Positions 25,960 through 38,349 of a stretch of 64,000 nucleotides of DNA are shown here, piece after piece. The stretch is taken from the NCBI GenBank assembly GCA_977017645.1, contig OZ360250.1:25606001-25670000 (forward strand), written 5' to 3'. The stretch is from Torpedo marmorata (Eukaryota). Position numbers and translations under genes: made by a program. The notes beneath the pieces were generated by a model that was not told the DNA's origin, ran no database searches, and worked only from the letters and a program-made list of their open reading frames with translations. Position 1 is the stretch's first letter. Each line of letters opens with the position of its first letter.

Positions 25960-27990
25960 TTACTGAATGCTTCAAAGGCTTCCAAAAATAATATTTAAAA
26001 TAAATATCACCATCTGTTGCCCTTGACATTGAGGAAGAATGAAAAATATTGGAAATGCTAAGCATAGCGAGAGAAAATATTGTAATGCATCTAGCATTTT
26101 TAAAAGTGGATAAATAACCAGGCTTGGCCAAAATGTATCTCAGACTCTTGTAAGAAGCAAAGGAGGAAATGGCACTGACTATCATTTTCCAATTCTCCTT
26201 GGTTGGAGGCATTAAGCGAGATAAATCAGCACAAATCAACATTTGGAATGGCACAGGTTAGTCAAGGACAGTCAGAATGGATTTGTTAAGAGTACATCCT
26301 GTTTGAATCTGACTAATTATGTTGAAATTTTTTGAGGAAGTAGTAAGGAATATGGATGAGTAATTTTGATGGCAAAACCCGGCATGGCAGACTAATCACA
26401 ATGTAAAAACCCATGTGGTCAAGGAATGTTACATTTTTTTTCAGTAGTAAAGGGTACGAGAGCTTTTGTAATTGGAGGCTACAACAGAAAAGTTCTATGG
26501 ATTCACTTTTCCTTTGTGGCACTCCTTGATAACTGGGACTTAAATGCAGAGACTGTGATTAGGAACTTTGCCAATGATCTCAAAACTGGCAATTTGGTTA
26601 AAACTATAGAAGATTCGAACCAGCAAGAAAATATCAATCAACACAAATATGATATATGGAATTCAGTCCAGAGCATTGTGAGATAATGATTTTGAGCAGG
26701 GCAAACAACTAAAGGGAGTAGGTAAAAATAATAGAATACCAAGAAGTACTGAGCAAAATTGGGATCTTGGAAGCGCACTCCACAGGTAAGGTAGTTAATA
26801 AGACATTGGTGATATTTTCCTTAAGTGCTTCAGGCACACAGTATAAATGTAGAAGGCCATGCTAGAACTCAAAGAAAAAAATTAGTTCGGCTGTAGTAAG
26901 AGTATTATTGTAAAGAGTATTATTTACAGTTCTGGTCACCGCACAACAGGAGGGATATGATAACACAAGGGAGATGCTGAGGAAAGGTAAAGGTTCCATT
27001 ATTGTCACGTAATACTACATTTAGAATGTAACATACATGAAATTCTTTAATTTTTGTCTACCATAAGGCAGACAGAGAGTCACTACTTTGTCCAGCGCCC
27101 CTCACAGAAACCTACAGCACCTGGTGTTCCTAGGCGATCTCCCCTCCAAGTACTGACCAGTCCTGTGCCTGCTTAGCTTCCGAGATCAGACAATCCCAGT
27201 CGTAGTCAGGCTATTGGTGCTGTACAATTATATTAACAGGATGGAGAATTATAGTTATATGGAGAGACCAAATAGGCTATTTTCTCTGGAGAAAAGAGGC
27301 TGCAGGCAAATTTAATTGAGGTGTACAAAGTTATGAGAGAACTATTAGGCACAGTGGTGCAGCTGTTTGGTCTGCTGTCTCAACACCAGAGACCTTAACT
27401 TCAGTTGCTATCTGTTTTCAATTTGCATGTTCACCCTGTGACAATGTGGGTTTCTTCTGGGTGTTCCATTTTCCTTCCATGATCCAAAGACATGCGGGTT
27501 CCTTGCCCCTAGTATGTAGGTGAGTAGTAGGATCTGGGGGAAGGTGAGAAGAATGTGGGGAGAATAAAATAAAACATTAATTTAGGATTTGTGTAAAATG
27601 GGTGCTTGATGGCCATTGTAGACTCACTGGGCGAAAGGATTTGCTTCCATGCTGTATCTATCTATTTAAAAATACAGATAATATGAATAGGAAGAGACTT
27701 CTCCTTTAGTTGTTAATAACAAAGAGACTTAGGTTTAATTTAATTTAAATTAAAAGAGAAGTTGACAAAATGTTAGTGAGAGTCTGAAGCTCACTGCCTT
27801 AAACGGTGATGGAGGCAGAAAGTCCCATCTCGTGTACAGTATTAGAAACTAGTGAGCACTACCTGCTGTAAACAATCAGGTTACGGACTGAGACCTGGGA
27901 AGTGGAAGTAAGCCAAGCATTCATTGCATCCATACCCATACAATGGGCTGACTGGTTTTCTTGTGCCCTAAATTTCTAAGATTCTCTGAA
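25960..27990 (+). mobile_element. Degraded CR1-like LINE hosting a 5S-SINE and a V-SINE (about 27345-27665)
   Basis: Residual CR1 RT motifs (cagaatggatttgttaag...aaattttttgaggaagta; tttgccaatgatctcaaaactgg). Confidence 0.55.
26983..27213 (-). mobile_element. 5S rRNA-derived SINE (SINE3 type) with Rex1-like tail
   Basis: 27108-27213 reverse-complements to tagcctga..gtctgatctcggaagctaagcaggc.cagg.ctggt.agtacttgga.gggaga.cgcct.ggaa.accaggtgctgtagg, i.e. 5S rRNA lacking about 14 nt at the 5' end. It is followed by a 125-nt tail ending ggaacctttaccttt. Confidence 0.9.
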
Positions 27991-28217
27991 AAACTAAAGT
28001 TTTATTTTCTCTTTTTCTTGAGTTGAATCATTTGGTTCTTCTCAAATTCTATCAGAATTTGTCCAGGCAGCAAAATGGTTGCTTAAGGAGAATTCCACCA
28101 AGATTAGTTTGTTAACTGGGGTACTGAATGGGGAAAAAAGGAGATTGAAAATAACAGTATAGCTCAGCCCATTTGAATCTCACTGGAAGCTAATGCGTGA
28201 TGGTTCTTGCATTCATT

Positions 28218-29059
28218 TAAAAAAAAATTTATTTTATTTAAATTTTTAAATCACAAAATACATAGAATAAAATGCATATATTTGAAAATACATGTGATAT
28301 ACGTTTTCTCCCCCCCTTCCCACCCTACCCTCCCTAACCCCTACATCCCCACTACTCTTTAAAAAAAAAAAAAAAAATTATATACCGGTATATAAAAAAA
28401 TATATAGTAAAAGAGAAAAAGAAAGGTAGAAAAATAGAGTGAGGAGAAAACAAGCTACAAACTAATTCTACCATAGAGGTTATTTTCGCCAGTGGATCCG
28501 ATATCCAGAGAATTTAAATTGTTAAACCCATAATTCTCATATATGGGCCCCAAATTTTCAAGAAAAAATGATATTTATTACGCAAATTATAGGTAATTTT
28601 TTCTAATGGTATACATGAACGTAATTCTGCATGCCATCTTTCTAAATTTAATTCTACATCTGACTTCCAAGTAATAGCTATACACTTTTTCGAAACTGCT
28701 AAAACTATACGTAAAAATTCTACCTGATACATATTTAATCTATTTCTAATACTAAATTTTCTAATATCTCCAAATAAAAATAACATAGGATCCATTGTAA
28801 ACACAACATTAAAAATTCTCTCTAAAAAATTCTTAACTTTCAACCAAAAGTCTTGAATTTTTGAACATAACCATGTACAGTGAACAAAAGAGCCTATTTC
28901 ACTCTTACATCTAAAACACATATCTGATAATGCTGGATTAAATTTCTTTAATTTTTTAGGTGTTAAATATAATTGATGAAAGAAATTATATTGTACTAGT
29001 CTATATCTAACATTCAAGACTTTAGTCATACTTAATTTACATAAGTCTCTCCAATGATT
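28218..29059 (-). mobile_element. 5'-truncated L1/Tx1 LINE
   Basis: ORF2 end with CFRC...HCTWLC; 17-bp TSD TGGTTCTTGCATTCATT at 28201-28217 and 29060-29076; same family as 40848-41343. Confidence 0.9.
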
Positions 29060-32000
29060 TGGTTCTTGCATTCATTAAGCATCCCAAGGTAATGATCAAG
29101 TGACCAAGAGGAAGTGCAATAGGCGTGCATGCAGACTTTCAAAAGGCACTTCATAATTAACCACATCAGAATTAATCAGAAAACTGAATCTCATGAATTT
29201 AAAAAAATACAGTCATATAATTGACTTGAGAGAGGAGGCAAGGATCATGTTGATATGATGTATTTCTGAATGAAGAAAAATATGAATTGGGGTGTTTCAG
29301 GGATTAATATTTAGCAGCAATGCTTTTTATTTTATTGGGTACAGGGAATTTCATTTGAACTTTGCAGTTGATATGAAACTTGTCAATGTGTTCAATAGTG
29401 TGAAATGGTTCTCTTTGGCAATAAGCAACCTGCAAGAGCAGTATAATCTGAGTGGTTCTAATTTGAGGGAGACGTAGATCAGAGGACCCCAGGGTGAACA
29501 ATACCTTTGAAGATGGCAGGGCAAGTTGATCAGGGTGGTTGGGGAAGTCCATGGAATACTTCCTTTGTAAAGTAGATATTGAACGTGAAGACAGAGTAAT
29601 GCTAAACTTTTACACCTTACTAGTTAGGCCACAGCTGGAAGACTGGCCATCAAACCTCAGGAAGGATGTCAGGTTCATAGAGCGCATGAGAGGAGAATTG
29701 CCAAGGATGAGACACTTCATCTGTTACCTGACTGAATTTGGCAGGTTTGTTCTCCTCACAACAGGGGAGATTAAGGGGGAAAACAAATTATAAATGACCA
29801 AGGGCCATTATGGAATAAGGAGGTTGAAATTGAATGAAGTACCTCAAAGGATGGTGGAATCAAATTCCATAGTTCAAAAGGCAATTTGACACATGAAAAA
29901 AGATAATTAATGTGTAGCTCCCTGAGGGAAAAGACAGAGAGTAGGACTAAATTGGATGTCAAAGAAATTATAGGCTGAATGACCTCAGCCAAATTTAGAA
30001 ACTGACAAACTGTGGAACGATTCAGCAGAGTTCGCCCTGATAATTTTTTCCTGCATTTTCTGCACTGAACATAACATTCTTTCTAACCTTCTCTGATTCT
30101 CCCTCCATTAAGGGCTGTACAGATCAGTAAATAGAAACAATAATGTCCCAATTCCCTGACCCTATTCTGGGTCAGGTGGCTAACATTTCACCAATTACCA
30201 TCTGAGGAGGCAAAACATGGATAGTTAGAACATGGAAAATCTGTATGGAAATAGGAGGAGATTCTTCAGGTCCTCAATTAAGCAATTCAATATCATGATC
30301 TCTGACCTATTTTCTGCCTGATTTCCTTTAAAATATGATTACATTCTGAATATTAATATGGGAAGATTTACTCTCTTTTATATTTACGTATTTATAATAG
30401 GTGCTTTTACTGTTCATGAACACTTGGAATGTTCATTCATTTTTTAGAACATGGGGTTTCACCCTTATGATCCCCATCTAGGGAGTGGGCTAAAGCTATT
30501 CCGTAAGCATTTTCATCTAATATAGATGTGAAGTGGGCACTGCTTTGGTGTATTGTAAATGTTCCCTAAGCTGCCTATTCTCCCTTATGTCCCTTCTCCC
30601 TTCCTTCACTACAGAACTTGTTATAATTGCCTGACTTGGTTCCCCAATCAGAAAATGTCACAATTGGGGTACTCCATCACAAACTGGAAAATGGACCACT
30701 TTCTGATCACTCACTTCCCAGCACCAATCCCAAACTGTACACCTAGCTCAGCATGGGAGCACCCGATCCCAAGCTTTCTGCCACAGTTTGATTTTTGGCT
30801 GGTTCAGTTAATTCTGCATTGAGATTTAATGATATGCAGAAGAGTGGGGAGAATGTGGAGCTACTGTCTTCAGGAGAAAGGTCTGTATTTGGGAGGATGT
30901 TCATCTTTTTTTCACTCTTTGAGCATTTAGTTAAAATAAGCAAGAGGTCCACTGTAGACATCTCTATCCAAATGAGTAATCATTGCACAAACAAGTGCTA
31001 TGTGCAATATTAAATGCATAAATTACTGGCTGGGAAAAAATAAATGGCTGGAGAGAAATTTGGGGTCCATAGCTTTTACTGATAACTGGTGCTCTGAACC
31101 TTCTCCATTTTCTGCCCTGCATAAACTTGCATTTTGGAGCTGATTTTTATTTTGAACTGAGGCATATTTTCTTTACAGTGCCTCTGTTACCTCTTAAACT
31201 GCTGTAGGTGCACTGACAGCAAATCTAGGCCAGCAATTATAATTAATGGTGCATTTGTTGAATGCTTTTTCTATTATTTTTCAATTCTTAATGAAACCTT
31301 GGTTGGAAAATAAAATTGGGTCTGGTTCGTTCCCACTACTGCTGTGCCCCATTTCCCAGACATTGCACGTACGAACATTCGTATTTGTGCTTTTCTATAC
31401 GGATATGTTGTGTTGGAAGAAATACTAACGGCCACTATAGGTCTTACATTGGATCATTTCACACATCTGTTTCAGAGGTAGGTGTTTTTAATATTAATGT
31501 CTTTGACATGTGCTCTTGTCATGTGATTTCCCTGAGTGCTAATGTGATTAGCTAAATCGTGGAGTTTGCCAGGATATTAGCCTACCATATTTTTTGTGCC
31601 CGTCATTTCTCACTAGCCTTCCGTCTCTCTGTTCTTTCCCATATTGTGGCAAATTAAGGAAGAATTCTTGTGCAACGGATATGTGATGCACCAGCATTGG
31701 TCTATTTAAATTCACGGAAGTCAGTGCAAACAAATTTCATTTGGAATTTTAATGTGGAAATGTTGCTGCATCATGCATTTACCACATATATCTGGGAATG
31801 TGTTTTGGCCCTTTATGTTTAGTTAATTTTTCATGTGGAATCTGCAACCATCAACAGCACAGACACATTGGTTAAGTAAATTTGACAAAATGTTCCAACT
31901 GTCAGGAATATCCTAAGAGACCAAAATGTTCTTAATTGTATGTTCCTCATCTCCAGCAAAAATTGGATCAAGATAATTAAGTTGCCACACCAATCATAAA

Positions 32001-32867
32001 TACCTTGTTTCCTCATGCTGTGGGGCTTCATTGTTCTCGCTTAAAGACCCTGCTGTAAAGCAAAAAAAACCGTTGAATTATAAAATAAACAGTAAAACAT
32101 ACATTTTAACAAACATAGCATAAGGACCTTCAACATAGTATAGGGGCATTTATCCAGGACTTAGTCTGACAAGATTATTTGGTGACCAATGTTCATGACA
32201 CCCATATATGTGTCTGTAATTCAACTATTAAGGAAAGCACAATAGCCAATCTTAAATAATTGTGGGTAATAGACCTAATGGTGAGCTCCAGCCTGGTTTA
32301 AACTGGATGCTAGTTACACAGCAGAGGCCTCTCATATTTCATTGCCAGTCCATTGAGTCTCGGAACATACTCTTGGTCACAAGTCGATTGCCGATGCTAA
32401 TGTTTCTACCCTTCATCCTGTAAATTGGCTGGTGGATTAGATAGAAATTATTTCAGATAGTTAAGGATTTTCAGATATAGATGTAAAAGTTAGAGCAAGG
32501 GGCGAGGTCAGGATACACATCCACACAGAGAATGTAGTAAGAATTTGCAAATATTATTTGATGCAAGGTCAGTTATTAATTGATTGATACATTTTTGTTA
32601 ACCAAAGTATTAATGGTTGGGGGGCATACGAAGATATGAAGATGTCATAACATTAGCCCTGATGTTATTGATTGGTGGACATACTTGAGAGGTGAAACGG
32701 CTTTCAGATCCAATGTACAGCTAGTTGATGAAGGTTATTCCAAACCAATCAATACACTGAAGGTGGGGTTGGTCAGGATGATAAACATTTTGTGCAGAAA
32801 ATGCTTACGTCACAGTTCCGTTTGCTTATTGGTCTTCAAGTAACTGCCTAGAGTGCACTATCTAAAA

Positions 32868-33420
32868 CAGGGGCGGGCAACCTTTTAATTTTTAATTTAG
32901 ACATACAGCACGGTAACAGGCCATTTCGGCCCACGAGCACTATTCCCTCTAAGCTGTGCGTGTGTGCGCGTGCACACACGTTTTGCAACCAGCGCACAAA
33001 GGAAATTAATGTGCGCACAAAAGGTTAGTTACCTAAAATAATGTAGTAATTAATAATTATACTTATTGAAAATAATCTCTTAGCTAACTGTTTCTGTTAA
33101 GTTAATCATACTTGTATTATATTAAAACATGCCAATACAGTTTTATTAGCCATGAGAGATAGGCTGTGCCAAAATTATCTTGAAACAATTTCAAGTTTAC
33201 ATTTGCACAAGCGTTCAGTGTGCACATACTTTTGTCACAGGAAAAAAATTTGCACAGCATAAGATTTTTGCGCACACTGACTACTAAAAATTAGAGGGAA
33301 CATTGCCTACGAGTCCGTGCCGCCCAATTAACCTATACCCCCGGTACGTACTCATGGGCTGAAATGGCCTGTTACCGTGCTGTATGTCTAAATTAAAAAT
33401 TAAAAGGTTGCCCACCCCTG
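32868..33420. mobile_element. hAT (Charlie-like) MITE with 70-bp inverted arms derived from SINE tails
   Basis: Termini CAGGGGCGGGCAACC / GGTTGCCCACCCCTG; 8-bp TSD ATCTAAAA/GTCTAAAA (7/8). Confidence 0.85.
32938..33305. mobile_element. Nested hAT-type MITE (368 bp)
   Basis: TIRs CACTATTCCCTCTAA / TTAGAGGGAACATTG (13/15); 8-bp TSD CCCACGAG/CCTACGAG. Confidence 0.85.
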
Positions 33421-33799
33421 GTCTAAAACAACTATTAGGTTACAGGACGAATTGGCCAATAATAACCAGCCCATCATATTAACTGTCTAATGAGTGCAGG
33501 CTCAGTGACTAGTGCCAATCTTGTAATCTCCAATAAATGTAGAGCAACATGGAGATGAAGGGACAGTTTTGCACATAACTGCCCAAAAGTCTCCAGTATC
33601 TGTGTGACCTGATCAGGAGTCTTAAATTAGACCTGTCATTTGATATAGCTGTGTCATTGGATATGGTGGCTTAGTTTTGAAATCTCTATCTACATTCTTT
33701 CTGTAGAGCTGCCTCACTTAAAGGGCTCCTGTCTCCTTAGAGAATAAATAAATATCAAATGCATTTTCTTCAAAAATTGCAGAATATTAGGAAATACTG

Positions 33800-36630
33800 T
33801 GGCATAGGTTTAAATAACTGGAAAGGTAATCAATCCAAAGACATTGGTTACATGTCTTTGGATTGATTACCATACCATTACACCATAACAGCTGGGAAAT
33901 TTAAATAAAGTGAAATAAATAATCTGGAATTTTAAGGAAATACTAGTCTCAGTATGGAAGCTTGGAACCACTATATTATTCTAAAACACATCTTATTCAC
34001 TGATGACCTTCAGGGAGGGAGATCTGCTGTGCTTACCCATGACAAGCCCATGTGGCTCCAGACCTAGAATAATATGGCTGACTCTTAGTGGCACACTGAA
34101 ATGGGCAGGAAGCCATTTAGTTGTATTAAATAGCACTATTTTTAAATAAAAAGAGTAAAAATCAGACACACTCTCAATTTAATTCACTTAGCAATATCTT
34201 TCTCATGAGCATCTGTGGATCTTTGGCTAAATTAGGAGAACTGTCATAATTTGGTCAAGCAAGAGCCTGATGTCCTTTTCACAGAATTGTTTCAGCAGAC
34301 ATCACAGTCCTGGGGTATATTCTGTCCCACAGATCAGACACCCCCACTCCCTCCCCCCAAGAGGTGGTGGGACAATGGTACATAGGTAGGAAGGAATGGC
34401 TTGGGGTTCCTTGTGGTATCAGGTCAAAAGTGGACAAGGAAAATTCCTATTGTTCCCCCTCATTTGAAGAGTCAGTGCTGTTCTACGTTCAGCAATATTT
34501 GAGAGAAGCAATGAGAGTAGCAAGGTGCAGAAAATACTATGGGTGAGGTACTTGGACGTCGGAGAGCATCCACAGTAACTGGGCCCTGAGTACTTGACAC
34601 ACCCGCCAGATTAGATTTGCAGCAGGTGATGAGTGAATCAAAATGAAGGAGCATACTGGACTTTGTCCTCACTGGTCTACATGTTGGAGTTGCATCTATC
34701 CATGTCAAAATTATTAGGAGTGACCATCACATAATTCTTGTTGAGATAAAATCCCACTTCCCCTCCATTGTGTGGAATGGGGTAGATTTGGAACGGATCT
34801 ATTAGTTCAAAATTAGGCATCCCTCAGCAAACAGCAAAAGCAGAATTGTATTTCACCATAAGCTGTAATCTTGTGACCCAGTATATCCCTCACTCTACCA
34901 TTAAAATCAATCCAAGGGTTCAACACTGGTTCAGTGGAGAGAGGAGGGTCTTGCCAGAGCAGTACCATGTGTGCCTAAAAATGAAATGCCAACATAACGA
35001 AGCTGCAACATTAACTACATGCATTCCAAACAACAAAGGCTGCATGCAATAAAAATAGTTAATTGTCTAGCAAACAACAGATCAACTCAACTCTCTGACT
35101 CCTGCCACAGCAATCGTGAATGGTAGTAAACCATTGAACAGCTAATAGGGGGAAAATGTTCCAAGAAATCCCATCGTTAATGAAAACGGAGTCTAGCATG
35201 TGAGGATGGGACTGAGGTACTTCCAGGCTATTTTCACCCATTTTCATCTCAGCCCTCTCCTGTCTTCACCATCATTGAAGTCAACCTTGAGCTGAACTAA
35301 TTTACTCTAGATCAAGAAATAACTGAGGTTACTGATACAGTTAAGGCCAAGGGATATGCTGACTGTATTCTGAAGACAAGAAATCCAGAACAAGCCAAGC
35401 CACCAGCAAAACAGTTCCTTTACTGTTATGGAAATTTCCTTAGTATGTCTCGTCCATAAAAACCAGGAGAAATTCAACCCAGCTTATTACTGCCAAACTA
35501 ATTCATCTGCTCTCAATCATCAAAGTAATAGAAGGTGTCAATAGCAGTGCAACCAGGCTTTCTTATCTATAGTATGCTCATTAATATCTGGTTTGGCTCC
35601 AGTCCTCCTTGCAGCCTTGATTCAATCATAGACCAGAAGCGAATCCCAGAGGTATATTCCAGAGGTGAATCCCAGAGGTATATTCCAGAGGTGAATCCCA
35701 GAGGTGTTCTGGCCTTGACACCAATGTAGCATATGACTGGGAGTGACCATGAAATAACATGGTAAAACAGGTCATAGGAATAAAAGGAAAATTTTCCTTT
35801 ATTTGAAATCATAAAAGGAAGATAGCTATGGTTGTTGGAAGTCATCATCTCAGTCCCATGATTCTAACAAGGCTGTATCCTGGGCCCAATTATTATCAGA
35901 TGTTTCATCAATGAATTTCCTTCTATTATGGTCAGAGGTGCATTTGAGTCCCATTGATTTTGCAATGTGCAACTAATTTGCAACTCCTTAGAAAATGAAA
36001 TAATACAAAGTACATGCAAATATTTAGGCACGTGCGGTAAATGGGAATTATCATTCATGCCGCAGAATTTCTAGGTAATGACCATCTCTGACATGGGATA
36101 ATCTAACACTACCCTTTATATCTAGAGACACTACCATCACAGTTACCCAGAATCAACTACTTGGGGGTGGGGTGTCACCATTCACTAGAAATGCAAAGAA
36201 ATCAGTTACATAAATGCCCCAGCTATAAAACAGATTCAAAATTAGATATCCCGTGGCTCATCAACATTTAAGGAGCTCAATACCAGCCTGCTTGACTTAT
36301 GCAGCAATATCATTCCCTCCTTCTATCATCAGCACCATCTTCAAAATGAACAATTACTCAATTCAGTTACTTCAAACTGCACCATGCATATCCAGTGCCT
36401 CATTATCAGTGATAATGGGGTAAGTACATGTTCCCCTCCAAATCACAGGCCACCCTGACTTGGAAATGTATTGACATTTCTTCATTGCTACCGGGGTCTA
36501 AATCTTTTAATTCCCAATCCAATTGTACTGTAGGAGTACTTTCACAATACAGCAAATCAGGGTTGCTCACCATTCCCTCTCAATGGCAATTAGAGAAGGG
36601 CAACAAATGCTTACCTTGTCAACAATGCAC
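33800..36630 (+). mobile_element. Old, long non-LTR element with a SINE-like 5' head and degraded APE/RT
   Basis: Degraded RT at 35830-35940 (VVG.SSQ...QG.ILGP.I..CFIN.FPSI); 3' end ggcaattagagaagggcaacaaatgc, similar to about 1020-1060. Confidence 0.55.
35641..35706. repeat. Tandem repeat of alternating 13-mers (26-bp period, about 2.5 copies)
   Basis: gaatcccagaggt / atattccagaggt alternate. Confidence 0.9.
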
Positions 36631-36817
36631 ACATTCCATGAAGGCATAGAAAAAACACAGGCCACCTTATTACAGTATTAATATATTTAATTTTCAGTGC
36701 TATTTTTGAAATTTGTATGTTTTGATAACAACTTTGCACTTATTTACCCAAAGGCAATAACACAGTGCAGGCTATTTGCCCCATTTGGGCAAGTTCAGAA
36801 TTTTCTGCTCCACATAG

Positions 36818-37214
36818 ATGGGATCTTATAGAAACGTTTAAAATTATGAAAGGAATAGAAAGATAGAGGTAGGTATGTTTTTTTTTCCACTGGTTTGTGA
36901 GACAAGAACTAGGGAACATAGTCTCTAGATTCAGGGTAGTAGATTTAGGATGGAGATGAGGAGGAACTGCTTTTCCCAGAGAGTGGTGAATCTATAGAAT
37001 TTTCTGCCCATGGAAGCAGTGGAGGTGGCCTCAGGTAACATATTTAAGATAAAATAGGATAGATTTTTGCATAGTAGGGGAATTAAAGGATATGGGAAAA
37101 GGCAGGTAGCTGGAGATGAGCCTACCATCAGATCAGCCATGATCTCATTGAATGGCGGAGCAGGCTCGACGGGCCGAATGGCCTACTCCTGCTCCTATTT
37201 CTTATGTTCTTATG
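36818..37214 (+). mobile_element. CR1 LINE 3' end
   Basis: gggatcttatagaaacgtttaaaattatgaaagg...gaatggcctactcctgctcctatttcttatgttcttatg. Confidence 0.88.
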
Positions 37215-37413
37215 AGCATCATCTACTGCTCTTCTATCCATCTGATTAACATTTCTAATAATTATTTGTTTCCACACTGTTGCTGACTTGTTTTACATTT
37301 CCAATGGCGCGAGAATAATGTTATAATTCCAAAAAGAGTGAAAGATCAGTAGTCAATTTGAAGAATTATCCAATATAATAAGAAAACTGAAACGTGTTTA
37401 AAATCCTTTGCAG

Positions 37414-37645
37414 AACTGCTATGCCGTACGGAGGGTTTGAAAAGGCAGCGAAACTGATGACTTTTCAACTCCCAGAATTTGAAGCAGCTCCTCCAGAACC
37501 TGAGCCTATGCTCGTGTTCCACCAAGACATCAGCACTCGGCCTAACTTCAACAGGACTCCTCTCGGCTGGACTCCAACAAGCACAGATAATTTGGTTAAC
37601 CTTGGAATAGATCTAGAGTTCAACGCTGAAACTGATGACCTGTAG
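37414..37645 (+). CDS. MYOZ1: Myozenin-1 last coding exon
   Basis: TAMPYGGFEKAAKLMTFQLPEF...RPNFNRTPLGW...AETDDL* with a calsarcin-type C-terminus. Acceptor tttgcAG 37412-37413. The five exons sum to 927 nt = 308 aa + stop. Confidence 0.95.
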
Positions 37646-37883
37646 AGGCCTTGGACAAGTGCCTTGAAACCATCTGTTTCAAGCACTCAGTTGTCCTTTG
37701 ATCAGGAGCCCTTGGAAAACATTGGATTCGAAATGACACCAAGCTATAATCATCACGCATAAAATGTATATTCTTTAAAAGCTGGTTGCTTCATCCCCCA
37801 TACATTATCACCACATTTTGTAACTTTACTGTAAAGTAAAACAACTTTTGGGTTCCTGTGACAGTTGGAATCTACATGGTTTA

Positions 37884-37969
37884 AATAAAGGAAAATATGG
37901 TGGATGTACACTTATGCCTTATAGATGCCTCAATTTATTGTCAGGCAATTATCTTCTGAATTAAATAAA
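37884..37969 (+). terminator. MYOZ1 polyadenylation signals
   Basis: AATAAA at 37884-37889 and 37964-37969, about 240-320 nt after the stop. Confidence 0.6.
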
Positions 37970-38349
37970 AAGTTAACAAAACCTAAAGCTTCAACAATTT
38001 GCTGGAGAACTCAATGAGTCAAGCAGCATCATTGGGAGAAAAGGAATGGTCGACATTTCGAGCTGAAACTCTTCATCAAGACTCCTGTGTGTCTTCAGTT
38101 TAATAAAACTTGAGTCTATTTTGTTCTCCCCACATGTCATAAGGCCATTTGTTACTAGGTGTAGTACTTTATATCCAAAGAAGCACCTCTCCTTGTCAGT
38201 GTTACAGAGTACTAATATACTGTCTCCATACCACCAATCCTCTTTTGGATTCATATGTGACAATCTTAAATATATAACTCCTAGATTTGGATCATCCAAG
38301 AGTGGAAAGATATTTGTGTTGCCTCAAACTATTATAGAATTGCAAATAG

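Noticed and set aside
27108-27213. Functional 5S rRNA gene
   Set aside because: 5'-truncated, carries many substitutions, and is fused to a tail shared with other dispersed copies.
35641-35706. CRISPR-like repeat array (also 2650-2900)
   Set aside because: No unique spacers, eukaryotic context and no cas genes; these are simple tandem repeats.
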